Position numbers and translations under genes: made by a program | NCBI GenBank assembly: GCA_049591475.1 | Contig: JBAWEZ010000066.1 | Location: 99,790 to 163,789, forward strand | Direction of reading: 5' to 3' | Source of the DNA: Candidatus Acidiferrales bacterium | Lineage (GTDB): Bacteria > Acidobacteriota > Terriglobia > Acidiferrales > UBA7541 | DNA length: 64,000 nt | The notes under the pieces: generated by a model | Told to the model about the DNA's origin: nothing | What the model saw: only the letters and a program-made list of their open reading frames with translations | Databases searched by the model: none | In this document: positions 18,492 to 27,496 of the stretch, piece by piece | Position numbering within the stretch: position 1 is the first letter of the stretch | Layout: each line of letters starts with the position of its first letter

Positions 18492-19487
18492 ATGTGGCGA
18501 TTGTCCGCGTTGTTCTTGGCTTCATTTACTCTGGTAGCCCACGCACAAATATCCGCGAACCAGGGAAACGAAACGCTGTGCACGCTGCAAGTGGACGTCG
18601 AGTCCGCGAATAAAGGGTTGCCTGCGTCCGGAGCGCGGGTCGAGATCTTTCAGGGGCTTGCCGGCGTTACGCCCTACCAAGTTAGCCTGACCAACTCGTC
18701 GGGCTGGGCTGAATTCGACAATTTACTGCCGGGAGATTATCGCGCCGAGGTATCAGGAGCGGGCATCGAAACCACCAATAGCGGAAACATTCACATCGAA
18801 AATGGCCGAGTTTTTCTGACCACGCTCGTTGTGGTTCGCGCAAGTACCGAAATCAATCCTGCAACGGTTCCATCGACGGGAACCGTGAGCGTCCGCGAAC
18901 TCAAGACTCCGAAGGGCGCTTCTGAAGAGCTGGCACGCGGCGACGCGGAGATGGAGCACAAACACTGGAAAAAGGCGGCCGACCACTTCAAAAAGGCCGT
19001 CTCAATTTACCCGCAGTATTCTTCGGCTTATTACAATCTTTCGGTCGCGTACTATCGAATGGAACAACCGGACAAACAACGCGAAGCCTTAAAGAAGGCG
19101 TTGGCTAGCGACAATCACTTCGTGCCGGCACTCGTCAGCCTCGCGCACATCCAATTCGCCGATCATAAACTTCCCAAAACCAGGGACCTTTTGAACGAGG
19201 CAATTTCGGCTGATCCGACGAATGTCGAAGCACTTGCGCTGCTCGTCCGAGTGGATTTTCTCCAGGGCCAATACCAGGAGACGATCGCCGATGCTGAGAG
19301 GGTGCACAGCCTACCTCACCAGGGTTACGCCACCGTGCACTACACCGCGGCAGCAGCCTATCAGCACCTGAACCGTATTCCCGAGATGATCGAGCAATTA
19401 CAAATATATTTGAAAGAAGATCCCACGAGCCCTAGCGCCAGCTACGTACGCCAGACCATCGCGGCACTGGAGAGCCGGCATCAATAA
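18492..19487 (+). CDS. secreted protein with CarboxypepD_reg-like Ig domain + TPR repeats
   Basis: 331-aa ORF. Signal peptide MWRLSALFLASFTLVAHAQ. Ig-like segment ARVEIFQG...TNSSGWAEFDNLLPGDYRAEV, then TPRs (AVSIYPQYSSAYYNLSVAYYRMEQPDKQREALKKALASDNHF...). Its 3' end overlaps the araB stop by 7 nt (convergent). Confidence 0.8.
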   Translation: MWRLSALFLASFTLVAHAQISANQGNETLCTLQVDVESANKGLPASGARVEIFQGLAGVTPYQVSLTNSSGWAEFDNLLPGDYRAEVSGAGIETTNSGNIHIENGRVFLTTLVVVRASTEINPATVPSTGTVSVRELKTPKGASEELARGDAEMEHKHWKKAADHFKKAVSIYPQYSSAYYNLSVAYYRMEQPDKQREALKKALASDNHFVPALVSLAHIQFADHKLPKTRDLLNEAISADPTNVEALALLVRVDFLQGQYQETIADAERVHSLPHQGYATVHYTAAAAYQHLNRIPEMIEQLQIYLKEDPTSPSASYVRQTIAALESRHQ

Positions 19488-21136
19488 TCAGAGGAGCAGT
19501 TCGGCGTTTTATTTCGTTCATGGCCGCTCCCGGAAAGTAATGAAGCTGGCTTCGCCCGGCTCGATGACGCTTGCTCCTCGGCGATGCAGATGATGGCGGG
19601 CAAGACGTCGCCGAACGCAGACTCACTCATGGGCTGGCCGAAATCGAAGTACAGCCTTTTATAAAGGCCGTAGAGCCGATCGTAAGTGACCTGTGCGGCA
19701 GGCTCGGGTTGGAAAACAATATGCGGCGGGCAAACGTTGCCCTGTGCTTCTTCGATCGTCCGAAAAGTGCGGGCAGCAAGAAACGCGAAAATAGCCGAGC
19801 CAAGGCTCGTCACTTTGCGGCTCGGCACAAGCACCGGACGGCCCAAGACATTTGCGTATACCTGGTTGAGGACAAGATTGCTCTGAGGAATGCCGCCGGC
19901 GTTGATGACGCGTTCGATGGTAATGCCGTGTTGAGCCATACGGTCGAGGATTATCCGCGTGTGGAACGCGGTGCCCTCAATGGCGGCAAATAGCTCGTCC
20001 TGGGCCGTGTGCTGGAGATTCCATCCCAACGTAACGCCGCGGAGATTAGGGTTGACGAGAACGGTGCGGTCGCCATTGTCCCACGACAATCGAAGCAAGC
20101 CCGTCTGGCCGGCACGGTACTTTTCAAGGCCCTCGCTCAATCGCGAGACGGACGTGGCGGCCCGGCGGGCGATGGCTTCAAAGATATCGCCGGTGGCGGA
20201 AAGTCCGGCCTCGATGCCGGTAAAGCCGGGGTGCACGCTTCCCTTCACCACTCCGCACAGGCCGGGCACCAGATTCGTTTGCTGGGAAATTCCGATGATG
20301 CATGTCGACGTGCCGATTACGTTGACGATGTCCTTTTCACGTGCTCCCGCGCCTATAGCATCCCAGTGAGCGTCGAACGCGCCCAGAGGGATCGGTATAC
20401 CCGCGCGCAACCCTAGCTTCGCTGCCCACGACGGCGAAAGCAATCCGGCAATTTTGTCGGAGGTCTCGTAACTTCCTTGGAGCTTTGCGCGGGCTCCGGC
20501 AAGCAGCGGGTCAACCTTAGTGAGGAATTCCTCGGGGGGAAGACCACCCATATCGGGATGCCAGAGCCACTTATGCCCCATCGCGCAGACGCTGCGCTTC
20601 GCGCGAGACGGCTCGGTGATGCCACAGAGCGTGGCCACCACCATGTCACAATGTTCGAACGCACTGGCGAACCGGCTGCGCTTGTCTGGGTTGTGCCTGA
20701 GCCAGTGCAGCAGCTTCGAGAAGCCCCATTCCGAGGAATAGACGCCCCCGCACCAGCGAATAGCTTCCAAGCCTTCGCGGTGTGCCATCGCCGTTATCTC
20801 GGCGGCTTCGGCCTTGGCACGATGGTCGCACCACAAGTAATACTCGCCGAGCGGAACCATGCCTGCGTCAACCGGAAGCACCGACGAGCCGGTCGTATCG
20901 AGAGAGATGGCTTCGACTGCATCGGGCGGGACGCTCGCTTCGCGAAGCGCTTCAAAAGTGGCAGACGCAAGAGCCCGCATATGGTCGTCATGCGATTGCG
21001 TGGCGTATTCGGGATCCTCACGCTTCCGGTGCAGAGGATACTCAGCCATGGCTGTACCTAGCAATCCACGCTCGCTATCGACCAGCGAGACGCGGACGCT
21101 CAAGGTACCAAAATCGACGCCAGCGACGATCGCCAT
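19481..21136 (-). CDS. araB: ribulokinase (FGGY family)
   Basis: From ATG 21136: MAIVAGVDFGTLSVRVSLVD... (AraB-type N-terminus), 551 aa. The 103-codon upstream extension in the ORF track (Arg-rich, no similarity) was rejected. It lies 17 nt downstream of the isomerase gene. Confidence 0.88.
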   Translation of the reverse strand: MAIVAGVDFGTLSVRVSLVDSERGLLGTAMAEYPLHRKREDPEYATQSHDDHMRALASATFEALREASVPPDAVEAISLDTTGSSVLPVDAGMVPLGEYYLWCDHRAKAEAAEITAMAHREGLEAIRWCGGVYSSEWGFSKLLHWLRHNPDKRSRFASAFEHCDMVVATLCGITEPSRAKRSVCAMGHKWLWHPDMGGLPPEEFLTKVDPLLAGARAKLQGSYETSDKIAGLLSPSWAAKLGLRAGIPIPLGAFDAHWDAIGAGAREKDIVNVIGTSTCIIGISQQTNLVPGLCGVVKGSVHPGFTGIEAGLSATGDIFEAIARRAATSVSRLSEGLEKYRAGQTGLLRLSWDNGDRTVLVNPNLRGVTLGWNLQHTAQDELFAAIEGTAFHTRIILDRMAQHGITIERVINAGGIPQSNLVLNQVYANVLGRPVLVPSRKVTSLGSAIFAFLAARTFRTIEEAQGNVCPPHIVFQPEPAAQVTYDRLYGLYKRLYFDFGQPMSESAFGDVLPAIICIAEEQASSSRAKPASLLSGSGHERNKTPNCSSDY

Positions 21137-21153
21137 GGACAAATTCCCCGACT

Positions 21154-22575
21154 CTAGTTGGAGTGCAAATACATATCCCAGCCGAGATACCGAGTGGCCG
21201 CTTCGTGGACGGCGGCGGCGACCGTAGAAAAGTTTGCCGCGACGTGGTGCTCGAAGCCGTTTTTGCAGATGTAATGGAGCAGTTCTTGCATATGGGGAAT
21301 TTCGACCACGCCGGCGCCACCGAAGGTTTCGAGCGGGTCGTCCGTGAAAGCGCCACCGCCCACGTAGCCCCGCATTCGTCCCGTGCGATCGTCGGTTGAG
21401 AAGCGGGCGAATGTCATCGCCCCAGGATGAACTAGCCCCACGCATGTGCCGTAGGTGTTCTCTTTGCCTACCGATCCCGCGATGATGGCCTGAAAATCCA
21501 TCTTCACAGTCTTCAAAAAATGTTTCGGGAGGTTACTGCAGTGGAAGCAAACGGCTTTGTTCGGATCGTCGCCGTAGTTGTTATTCCAGTCAAGCAGAGC
21601 ACTAGGAGTTTCCGAAGCCAGTCGGAGCACATGCATGCTGAGCACGCCGCAAATATCCACCTCGCACGCGCTGGACATCAGGCTATCGCTCATCATGCTC
21701 ATAATTGTGCAGGGAACGACACCTAGGTTCTCTTCGATGGAAGTCCAACATTGGACCGCGCTGATGGCCACGTCCGCCTGTTGCATCCATTCGTCGATCA
21801 CCGCGCCTAATTTAGCCATTTTGATCAGCGATTCATTGGGCACATCGTTCGTGGAGACATATTTTTCGATGGAGCGCAGCTTCGCTTGCACGGCTTCGTC
21901 GGCGTCTTTTCTCCGCGCGATACGGCCGATCACCTCGGACAGGTCCAGTGTCTCTACGGAAATTCCCTGCGACTCGAGAATCTTTTCGCTGTAGCGAACC
22001 GTGTTGAACGCCGCCGGCCGCGCGCCGATACTGCCGATACGAAGATTTTTCAGGCCCCGTATAATTCGGCAAACCGCCGCAAACCACTCCAAGTCCCGCT
22101 GGAACTCCGGCGCGCCGGGAATAACGGTGTGAGAGGACGTGAGCGAATATGGAATGCCGTACTGCATCAGATTGTTGCAGGCAGACATCTTGCCGCAAAA
22201 GCTGTCGCGCCGGTGGGTGATCGTCATCTTTGCCGGAGTATCCGGCGTGGCCTGGACCAGGACCGGAACTCCGAGCCGTGCCAGACGAAGAGTGTCCGCG
22301 ATCGCGCGTTCATCGCCGAAATTCGGCAGAGTGACAATTACTCCGTCAATCCGCTCAATGTTGGCGCGGAACAGATCCGCGCACCGCTTGGCTTCCTGGT
22401 GCGATTCGACAGCGCCGTGCCGGCTTTCCGTCGGTTCGAGCGCCACTACATCTATGCCGCGCGCCCCCAACGCTTGCATCATCTCTTTGCGCCCGGATTC
22501 CGCGAGGTGCCCGGGAAAGAATCCCCGGTTCCCCACGATAAGGCCCACCGTCATTCTCTTTTTGTCGTTCGCCAT
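21154..22575 (-). CDS. L-fucose/L-arabinose isomerase (FucI) family protein, probable L-arabinose isomerase of this operon
   Basis: 473 aa from ATG 22575 (MANDKKRMTVGLIVGNRGFFPGHL...). Segments RRDSFCGKMSACNNL, SACEVDICG and GFEHHVAAN resemble FucI-family sugar isomerases, not canonical AraA. Sandwiched between araD and araB. Confidence 0.75.
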   Translation of the reverse strand: MANDKKRMTVGLIVGNRGFFPGHLAESGRKEMMQALGARGIDVVALEPTESRHGAVESHQEAKRCADLFRANIERIDGVIVTLPNFGDERAIADTLRLARLGVPVLVQATPDTPAKMTITHRRDSFCGKMSACNNLMQYGIPYSLTSSHTVIPGAPEFQRDLEWFAAVCRIIRGLKNLRIGSIGARPAAFNTVRYSEKILESQGISVETLDLSEVIGRIARRKDADEAVQAKLRSIEKYVSTNDVPNESLIKMAKLGAVIDEWMQQADVAISAVQCWTSIEENLGVVPCTIMSMMSDSLMSSACEVDICGVLSMHVLRLASETPSALLDWNNNYGDDPNKAVCFHCSNLPKHFLKTVKMDFQAIIAGSVGKENTYGTCVGLVHPGAMTFARFSTDDRTGRMRGYVGGGAFTDDPLETFGGAGVVEIPHMQELLHYICKNGFEHHVAANFSTVAAAVHEAATRYLGWDMYLHSN

Positions 22576-22712
22576 TGATTCCCATTCCCTTACGGACAAT
22601 CGTTGTAACCGCGCCCGGCTCCTTCTTTGTCCGTTCTTATCAGGAGGCGCCGTGGTTCTCTGCGCCGAAGCATTCCTTCACTAAGAAGGAATTTAACGAT
22701 CTGGCAATCCCC

Positions 22713-23429
22713 TCAGTGCTTTCCGACAGTTTGTCCGTAATAAGCATCACGCCCATGCTTACGCAGAAAATGCTTGTCCCGCAGTGCATTCGAGAGAGGA
22801 CCTGCTTCCTCGGACAACTCGACCGTGTAGAATGCCATTCTCGCGACGGCTTCAAGGATCACCGCATTGTGTGCAGCGGCTGTCGCATTCTCTCCCCAAC
22901 AAAACGGGCCGTGGCCGCGAACCAAAACCGCGGGGATCGAGTCGGGATCGAGATGCTCGAACGTCCTGCAAATCGCCACACCCGTGTTTCGCTCGTAGTC
23001 TCGCTCGATTTCATCCTGTATCAGATGCTCGGTAACCGGAACAGCGCCGTGGAAGGAATCCGCATGGGTGGTTCCGAGGCAAGGAATCGGTCGGCCCGCC
23101 TGCGCCCAGGCAGTCGCAAATTCAGAATGCGTGTGAACGACACCGCCAATAGAAGGAAACTTCCGATAGAGCACAAGGTGGGTGGCAAGATCAGAAGACG
23201 GTCGGAGTTCGCCTTCCACGATGGCGCCGTCGAGGTTCGTAATCACCATATCCTCAGGCTTTAATTCGTCGTAAGAAACGCCGCTGGGCTTTATTACGAC
23301 ATAACCCTCATCTCGCGAAATTCCGCTGGCGTTACCAAAGGTATAGAGAACCAATCCCCGGCGAACAACTTCGAGATTGGCTTCAAGGACTTCCCGACGC
23401 AGATTCCCGAGCAGCATGGTGGTGGCCAT
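22713..23429 (-). CDS. araD: L-ribulose-5-phosphate 4-epimerase
   Basis: MLLGNLRREVLEANLEVVRRGLVLYTFGNASGISRDEGYVVIKPSGVSYDEL...GGVVHTHSEFATAWAQAGRPIPCLGTTHAD is collinear with E. coli AraD (MLEDLKRQVLEANL...). The start is ambiguous (TTG 23435, ATG 23429, ATG 23417). Confidence 0.9.
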   Translation of the reverse strand: MATTMLLGNLRREVLEANLEVVRRGLVLYTFGNASGISRDEGYVVIKPSGVSYDELKPEDMVITNLDGAIVEGELRPSSDLATHLVLYRKFPSIGGVVHTHSEFATAWAQAGRPIPCLGTTHADSFHGAVPVTEHLIQDEIERDYERNTGVAICRTFEHLDPDSIPAVLVRGHGPFCWGENATAAAHNAVILEAVARMAFYTVELSEEAGPLSNALRDKHFLRKHGRDAYYGQTVGKH

Positions 23430-23456
23430 ACTCAACTCATGGGCTGTTGCTTTTCA

Positions 23457-23470
23457 AGAAAACGTTCTCT
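23457..23470. promoter_or_regulatory. 14-bp near-palindrome AGAAAACGTTCTCT just upstream of araD (candidate operator)
   Basis: Centred on CG, with 6 of 7 arm positions complementary. It sits about 28 nt upstream of ATG 23429 and has a LacI/GalR-like AACGTT core. Confidence 0.25.
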
Positions 23471-23594
23471 CAAAACCAGAGACTGCTCAACTCGGCGATG
23501 CCCCGAAGGGATTCGATTGCCTTTGCCCAGTCGGCCTAAGTGAGTGTCGCAGTCAATCCCTGCCGGATAAACTGATTTCCGAGCGACAGCCGAG

Positions 23595-23624
23595 ATTTTG
23601 AAGGACACTCAAACACTTTGTCAA
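23595..23624 (-). promoter_or_regulatory. sigma70-like promoter candidate for the araD operon
   Basis: The minus strand reads TTGACA (23624-23619), an 18-nt spacer, then CAAAAT (23600-23595). Pattern match only. It would give a ~160-nt leader containing the palindrome at 23457-23470. Confidence 0.25.
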
Positions 23625-24049
23625 CAATCGGCGTTCGTCCTCTGCGGAATTCATTCCCGGAACTGGCGAATGCTTCAGATTGAAATAGGGCTAGGAGCTG
23701 GACCGGAATCACGTTGACAGCGCCGGTATTCGAATTCAGAGTTTCGGGTAAGCTCGTCTGACTTCAGAAAAACCCCCACTCGATGAAGGCTCGCCCCCAA
23801 ACGGTACCGCATGCGCACCAGGTAGGAAAATTTCTTGGCCGCCGCGTACAGCGGATCGCTCCACCAGAGTCTCCGATGGAAATGAACCTGCATCTTATTC
23901 CGGGGGAACGAAGCGCTCGACTAGCGCGCGCCAGAAAGTCGACTGCCCACGTTGTAAGTTCGCTACCCCTATATCTGCTTTCCCCGGATCCTTTTGTCAT
24001 ACGAGCCGGCCAGGCTGAGCTGTCGAGGGCCTGGACGATATGTCTTCGG

Positions 24050-24280
24050 TCAAGAATTTCGAGGCCGATCGCGGGTGGGCGGAAAGCGAAGGCAGAAAAA
24101 AAGCCCGAGCACGGATAGAAGGCCGCCCCACCATATGCTCGCGTGCAAGTGGTAGAGCACGACGGGATGAGCCGGTGGATGCCCCAATTCATACAGGCCG
24201 GCGCCCAGAATCAGCACGCCATTGACCAGCAAGGATATGCCGATGAAAAACCAGATCGATATTGAGCCGCCTGTTTTCAT
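24050..24280 (-). CDS. small two-helix membrane protein (hypothetical), translationally linked to the SSS symporter
   Basis: 76 aa from ATG 24280 (MKTGGSISIWFFIGISLLVNGVLILGAGLY...IWWGGLLSVLGLFFCL). It starts 5 nt after the symporter stop. Two clear hydrophobic helices. No family recognised. Confidence 0.5.
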   Translation of the reverse strand: MKTGGSISIWFFIGISLLVNGVLILGAGLYELGHPPAHPVVLYHLHASIWWGGLLSVLGLFFCLRFPPTRDRPRNS

Positions 24281-24285
24281 TGTTC

Positions 24286-25983
24286 TCACCAGAAATAAAT
24301 ATTGAGCCCAATCAATACGACAGCGACAATCACGGCCCAGAACGCCGGCTTGTGAAACATCGACGCCCTCTCTTCGTGAGGAATATCCGTCGCGCCGTAA
24401 ACCAGTCCGGTCAGCTCCGCGATGGGCTGGGCCTTGGTCGACAGGCTCACCACTACCGTCACGAGGACGCAGAGGATCCAGCACCACAGGGCCCTATACA
24501 TGTCTTCCGCCATCGTCTTCGCGTGACTCGAAAGCGCCACATACGACAGCGCAGCCGGATTAATCCGCACCCATGCCCACATACCGACCGAGGACACCGT
24601 CCCTACGAGGAGGCCCCAGAACCCTCCCGCCGGGGTCGCCCGCTTCCACAGCATTCCCAAGATTACAGTCCCGAACAGTGGCGCTATGAAGAAGCTGAAC
24701 AATGCTTGCACGTAGTCCATAATGCTCAGGAAGTGCATCGCGAAATACGCTGTCCCGATGCTGATCAGCACTCCGACGATCGTGGACCACCTGCCCATCA
24801 GCACGTAGTGATTGTCCGTCGCGTTTTTCTTGATGAGCGCGCGATAAATGTCGTAAGTCCACACTGTGGCAAAAGCGCTCACGTTTCCCGCCATCCCGGA
24901 CATGAATCCGGCGACCAACGCCGTGATCCCGAGTCCCAGCAAACCGGGACCGCAATAGCGCGCCAGCATCAGTGGCAGCACCTGGTTGTAATTGTGCCCT
25001 CCTGCCGCCGCAACGCTCGCCCCGGTCAATCCCGGAAGCACAGCCAGCGCGATCAGGCCCGGCAAAATCACGATGAACGGCACCAGCATCTTGAACCCCG
25101 CACCGATAATGGGCGCCATTTTTGCCGCGCGCAGATCCTTCGCCGCCAACACGCGCTGCACCACTAGAAAATCCGTCGTCCAATAGCCGAAGGAAATGAC
25201 GAACCCCAGCCCGAACACAATGCCCGTCCAATGAATCCCCATAGGGTTGCTACTGAACGATCCCAGAGTGCTCCACAAATGCGTGTATTGACTCGATGCG
25301 TTGTGCGTGATGCGCGCTTTGAGGTTGTCCCACCCACCTACTTCGATCAACCCGAGAATCGGAATCAATAGCGCGCCCGCCCAGATCAGGAAGAATTGCA
25401 GGACTTCGTTGAAGATCGCCGAACGGAGTCCTCCCAGCGCAACATAAATGGCCACGGTGAGTGCCGATATCCAGATGCTGAAGTGAATGCTCCATCCCAG
25501 CACCACATTCATGGTCACTGCCATTGCGTACATGTTGATACCGCTCATCAGCACGGTCATGAACGCGAACGAAATGGCCGAAAGCGCCCGGGTGGGTTCG
25601 CCGAACCGCAACTTGAGGTATCCCGGAACCGAATGTGTTTTGGAAATGTAGTAGAACGGCATCATCACCAGCGCGAGGAATAGCATCGCGGGAATCGCGC
25701 CGATCCAATACCAGTGCGTTGCCAGAATGCCGTATTCATAGGCCGCCGCCGCCCAGCCCATCAATTCGAGAGCTCCGAGGTTGGCGGAAAGAAAACTCAG
25801 CCCCGCCACCCACGCCGTCATTTCCCTGCCGGCCATGAAAAAATCTTCGCCGGTATTCGACCGCCCTTTGAGATAAAACCCAATACCCAACACCAGCACG
25901 AAATAGAAAATGATGATCGCCATGTCTACCGGCGACAAGCGGACTAACCGCGATGCGGAGACCAAACTTAAAACTGCGGTCAT
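24286..25983 (-). CDS. sodium:solute symporter (SSS family), probable pentose/hexose transporter
   Basis: 565-aa ORF, roughly 13-14 hydrophobic helices, with SSS-type N-terminal segments (FFMAGREMTAWVAGLSFLSANLGALELMG). Located between galM and the ara genes. Confidence 0.88.
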   Translation of the reverse strand: MTAVLSLVSASRLVRLSPVDMAIIIFYFVLVLGIGFYLKGRSNTGEDFFMAGREMTAWVAGLSFLSANLGALELMGWAAAAYEYGILATHWYWIGAIPAMLFLALVMMPFYYISKTHSVPGYLKLRFGEPTRALSAISFAFMTVLMSGINMYAMAVTMNVVLGWSIHFSIWISALTVAIYVALGGLRSAIFNEVLQFFLIWAGALLIPILGLIEVGGWDNLKARITHNASSQYTHLWSTLGSFSSNPMGIHWTGIVFGLGFVISFGYWTTDFLVVQRVLAAKDLRAAKMAPIIGAGFKMLVPFIVILPGLIALAVLPGLTGASVAAAGGHNYNQVLPLMLARYCGPGLLGLGITALVAGFMSGMAGNVSAFATVWTYDIYRALIKKNATDNHYVLMGRWSTIVGVLISIGTAYFAMHFLSIMDYVQALFSFFIAPLFGTVILGMLWKRATPAGGFWGLLVGTVSSVGMWAWVRINPAALSYVALSSHAKTMAEDMYRALWCWILCVLVTVVVSLSTKAQPIAELTGLVYGATDIPHEERASMFHKPAFWAVIVAVVLIGLNIYFW

Positions 25984-26374
25984 AGGGTCACCCCCGTCGG
26001 TTCAGGGACGTTCCAATTCGCGCTCATTTGCAATTTCCCAGAATGGCGCGGGCCAATCTTGTGGGACCGATAAGCGGTTTTAAACATGGCTCGGGATACT
26101 AGCATAGGAGGGACGCGTGAAGATCAGATCGTACTTTGCGGGCGAGGCTTCCAAACCGCATTTTTGTGGATTGCCCCATGTACGCAGAAGACCCGTCGAC
26201 TAGCACCCATCCCGAATTACAGTCCGCGGATCGTGTCGTGGCGAGTTGTTTGAGCTTGCCAAAGGAGGGTAAGACGCACTTCTCCGGAGAGGTCCTCTTT
26301 TGTCGGACAGAGAAGAAGATAAATTCCGCTGTGTCGAAAGCACGCTTTTCCCAGGCTCGTGACAGGTCTCGCAT

Positions 26375-27496
26375 TTATCGAACAGAAAACCTGAATTCCG
26401 TGACTTGGTGATAGCGCTGCCGGGGTTTCAATTCGGTGGTCGGAAACTTGGGATGATTGGGAGAATCCGGAAAACGTTGGGTCTCCAGGGCGAGAGCACC
26501 GCGGTGAACGTATACTTTCCCGTCCTTCCCCGTGATCGAACCATCCAGAAAATTGCCCGTGTAGACCTGAATCCCCGGCTGAGTGGTCCAAACGGTAAGA
26601 ACGCGTCCTGAGATTGGATCGTATACCTCGGCGGCCTCTCCGAACTGGCCCGCAGGCTTATCCAGCACCCAATTGTCGTCATATCCCTTGGAGTTGTGCA
26701 GTTGTTGGTTGTTCTCATTGATGCGTGAACCAATCACCGTTAACTTGCGGAAATCGAACGGTGTTCCCGCAACCGACTCCAAAACCCCCGTGGGAATCAG
26801 ATTGGCATTCACGGGAGTGAAACGCGAGGCGTTGATTTTCAGTTCATCGTGGAGGATGGTGCCGTTCCCTTGTCCGGAAAGGTTGAAATAGGAATGGTTA
26901 GTCAGGTTCACCACCGTGTCTTTGTCCGTGGTCGCCGTATAGTCGATGTGCAGCTTCTTTCCGATCAAAGTGTATTTGACGACAGCCGTCAGAGTGCCGG
27001 GGAATCCCTGGTCGCCGTTAGGACTTACGTGCGTCAGTTCGATGCCATCGGGAATAACCTTGGCCTTCCATACCACTTTGTCGAATCCGCGAGTACCCCC
27101 GTGGAGCGTATTCTCGCCATCGTTCTTGGGCAGAGTGTAAGTGTGGCCGTCGAGCTTGAACTCCCCGTGGGCAATCCGATTGGCATAACGCCCAATGAGC
27201 GCGCCGAAGTAAGGGCTCGGGTTGGCGATGTATTTGTCGACGGAGTCAAAACCCAGAACAACATCCGCGACTTTGCCTTTGCGGTCGGGGACCTTCAGCG
27301 ACTGGACAATGCCCCCATAGGTCATGATGCGCGCTTGGATGGTCCCATCCTTGAGCGTGTAGATCTCAACGGGCGTTCCATCCGCCAACTTGCCGAAAGG
27401 CTGCCTTGTCACTTGTGTCTGCGCCTCCAGATTCAACGGCAGCATTCCTAGAACCAGAATAATTGCAAGCCTTACCACCGCTTTTGTCCAATGCAT
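26375..27496 (-). CDS. galM: aldose 1-epimerase (galactose mutarotase), secreted form
   Basis: From ATG 27496 (GGAGGG RBS): MHWTKAVVRLAIILVLGMLPLNLEAQ signal peptide. Mutarotase segments NTLHGGTRGFDKVVW, VNLTNHSYFNLSG and ALALETQRFPDSPN. The 82-codon upstream extension of the ORF track was rejected. Confidence 0.88.
   Translation of the reverse strand: MHWTKAVVRLAIILVLGMLPLNLEAQTQVTRQPFGKLADGTPVEIYTLKDGTIQARIMTYGGIVQSLKVPDRKGKVADVVLGFDSVDKYIANPSPYFGALIGRYANRIAHGEFKLDGHTYTLPKNDGENTLHGGTRGFDKVVWKAKVIPDGIELTHVSPNGDQGFPGTLTAVVKYTLIGKKLHIDYTATTDKDTVVNLTNHSYFNLSGQGNGTILHDELKINASRFTPVNANLIPTGVLESVAGTPFDFRKLTVIGSRINENNQQLHNSKGYDDNWVLDKPAGQFGEAAEVYDPISGRVLTVWTTQPGIQVYTGNFLDGSITGKDGKVYVHRGALALETQRFPDSPNHPKFPTTELKPRQRYHQVTEFRFSVR

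Noticed and set aside
21137-21445. 103-codon N-terminal extension of araB in the ORF track
   Set aside because: The extension is Arg-rich nonsense and overlaps the 3' end of the isomerase gene. ATG 21136 gives the canonical MAIVAGVDFGT ribulokinase N-terminus.
24262-25167. 301-aa plus-strand ORF, and the 223-aa and 152-aa minus-strand out-of-frame ORFs, within the SSS symporter gene
   Set aside because: They overlap a well-supported 565-aa transporter. His/Arg/Pro-rich compositions are typical of off-frame translation.
26278-26293. 16-bp near-palindrome ACTTCTCCGGAGAGGT (perfect 10-bp core TCTCCGGAGA) in the galM-SSS spacer
   Set aside because: By my rough estimate, palindromes of this quality are expected about twice by chance in the window's intergenic DNA. 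I saw no second copy.
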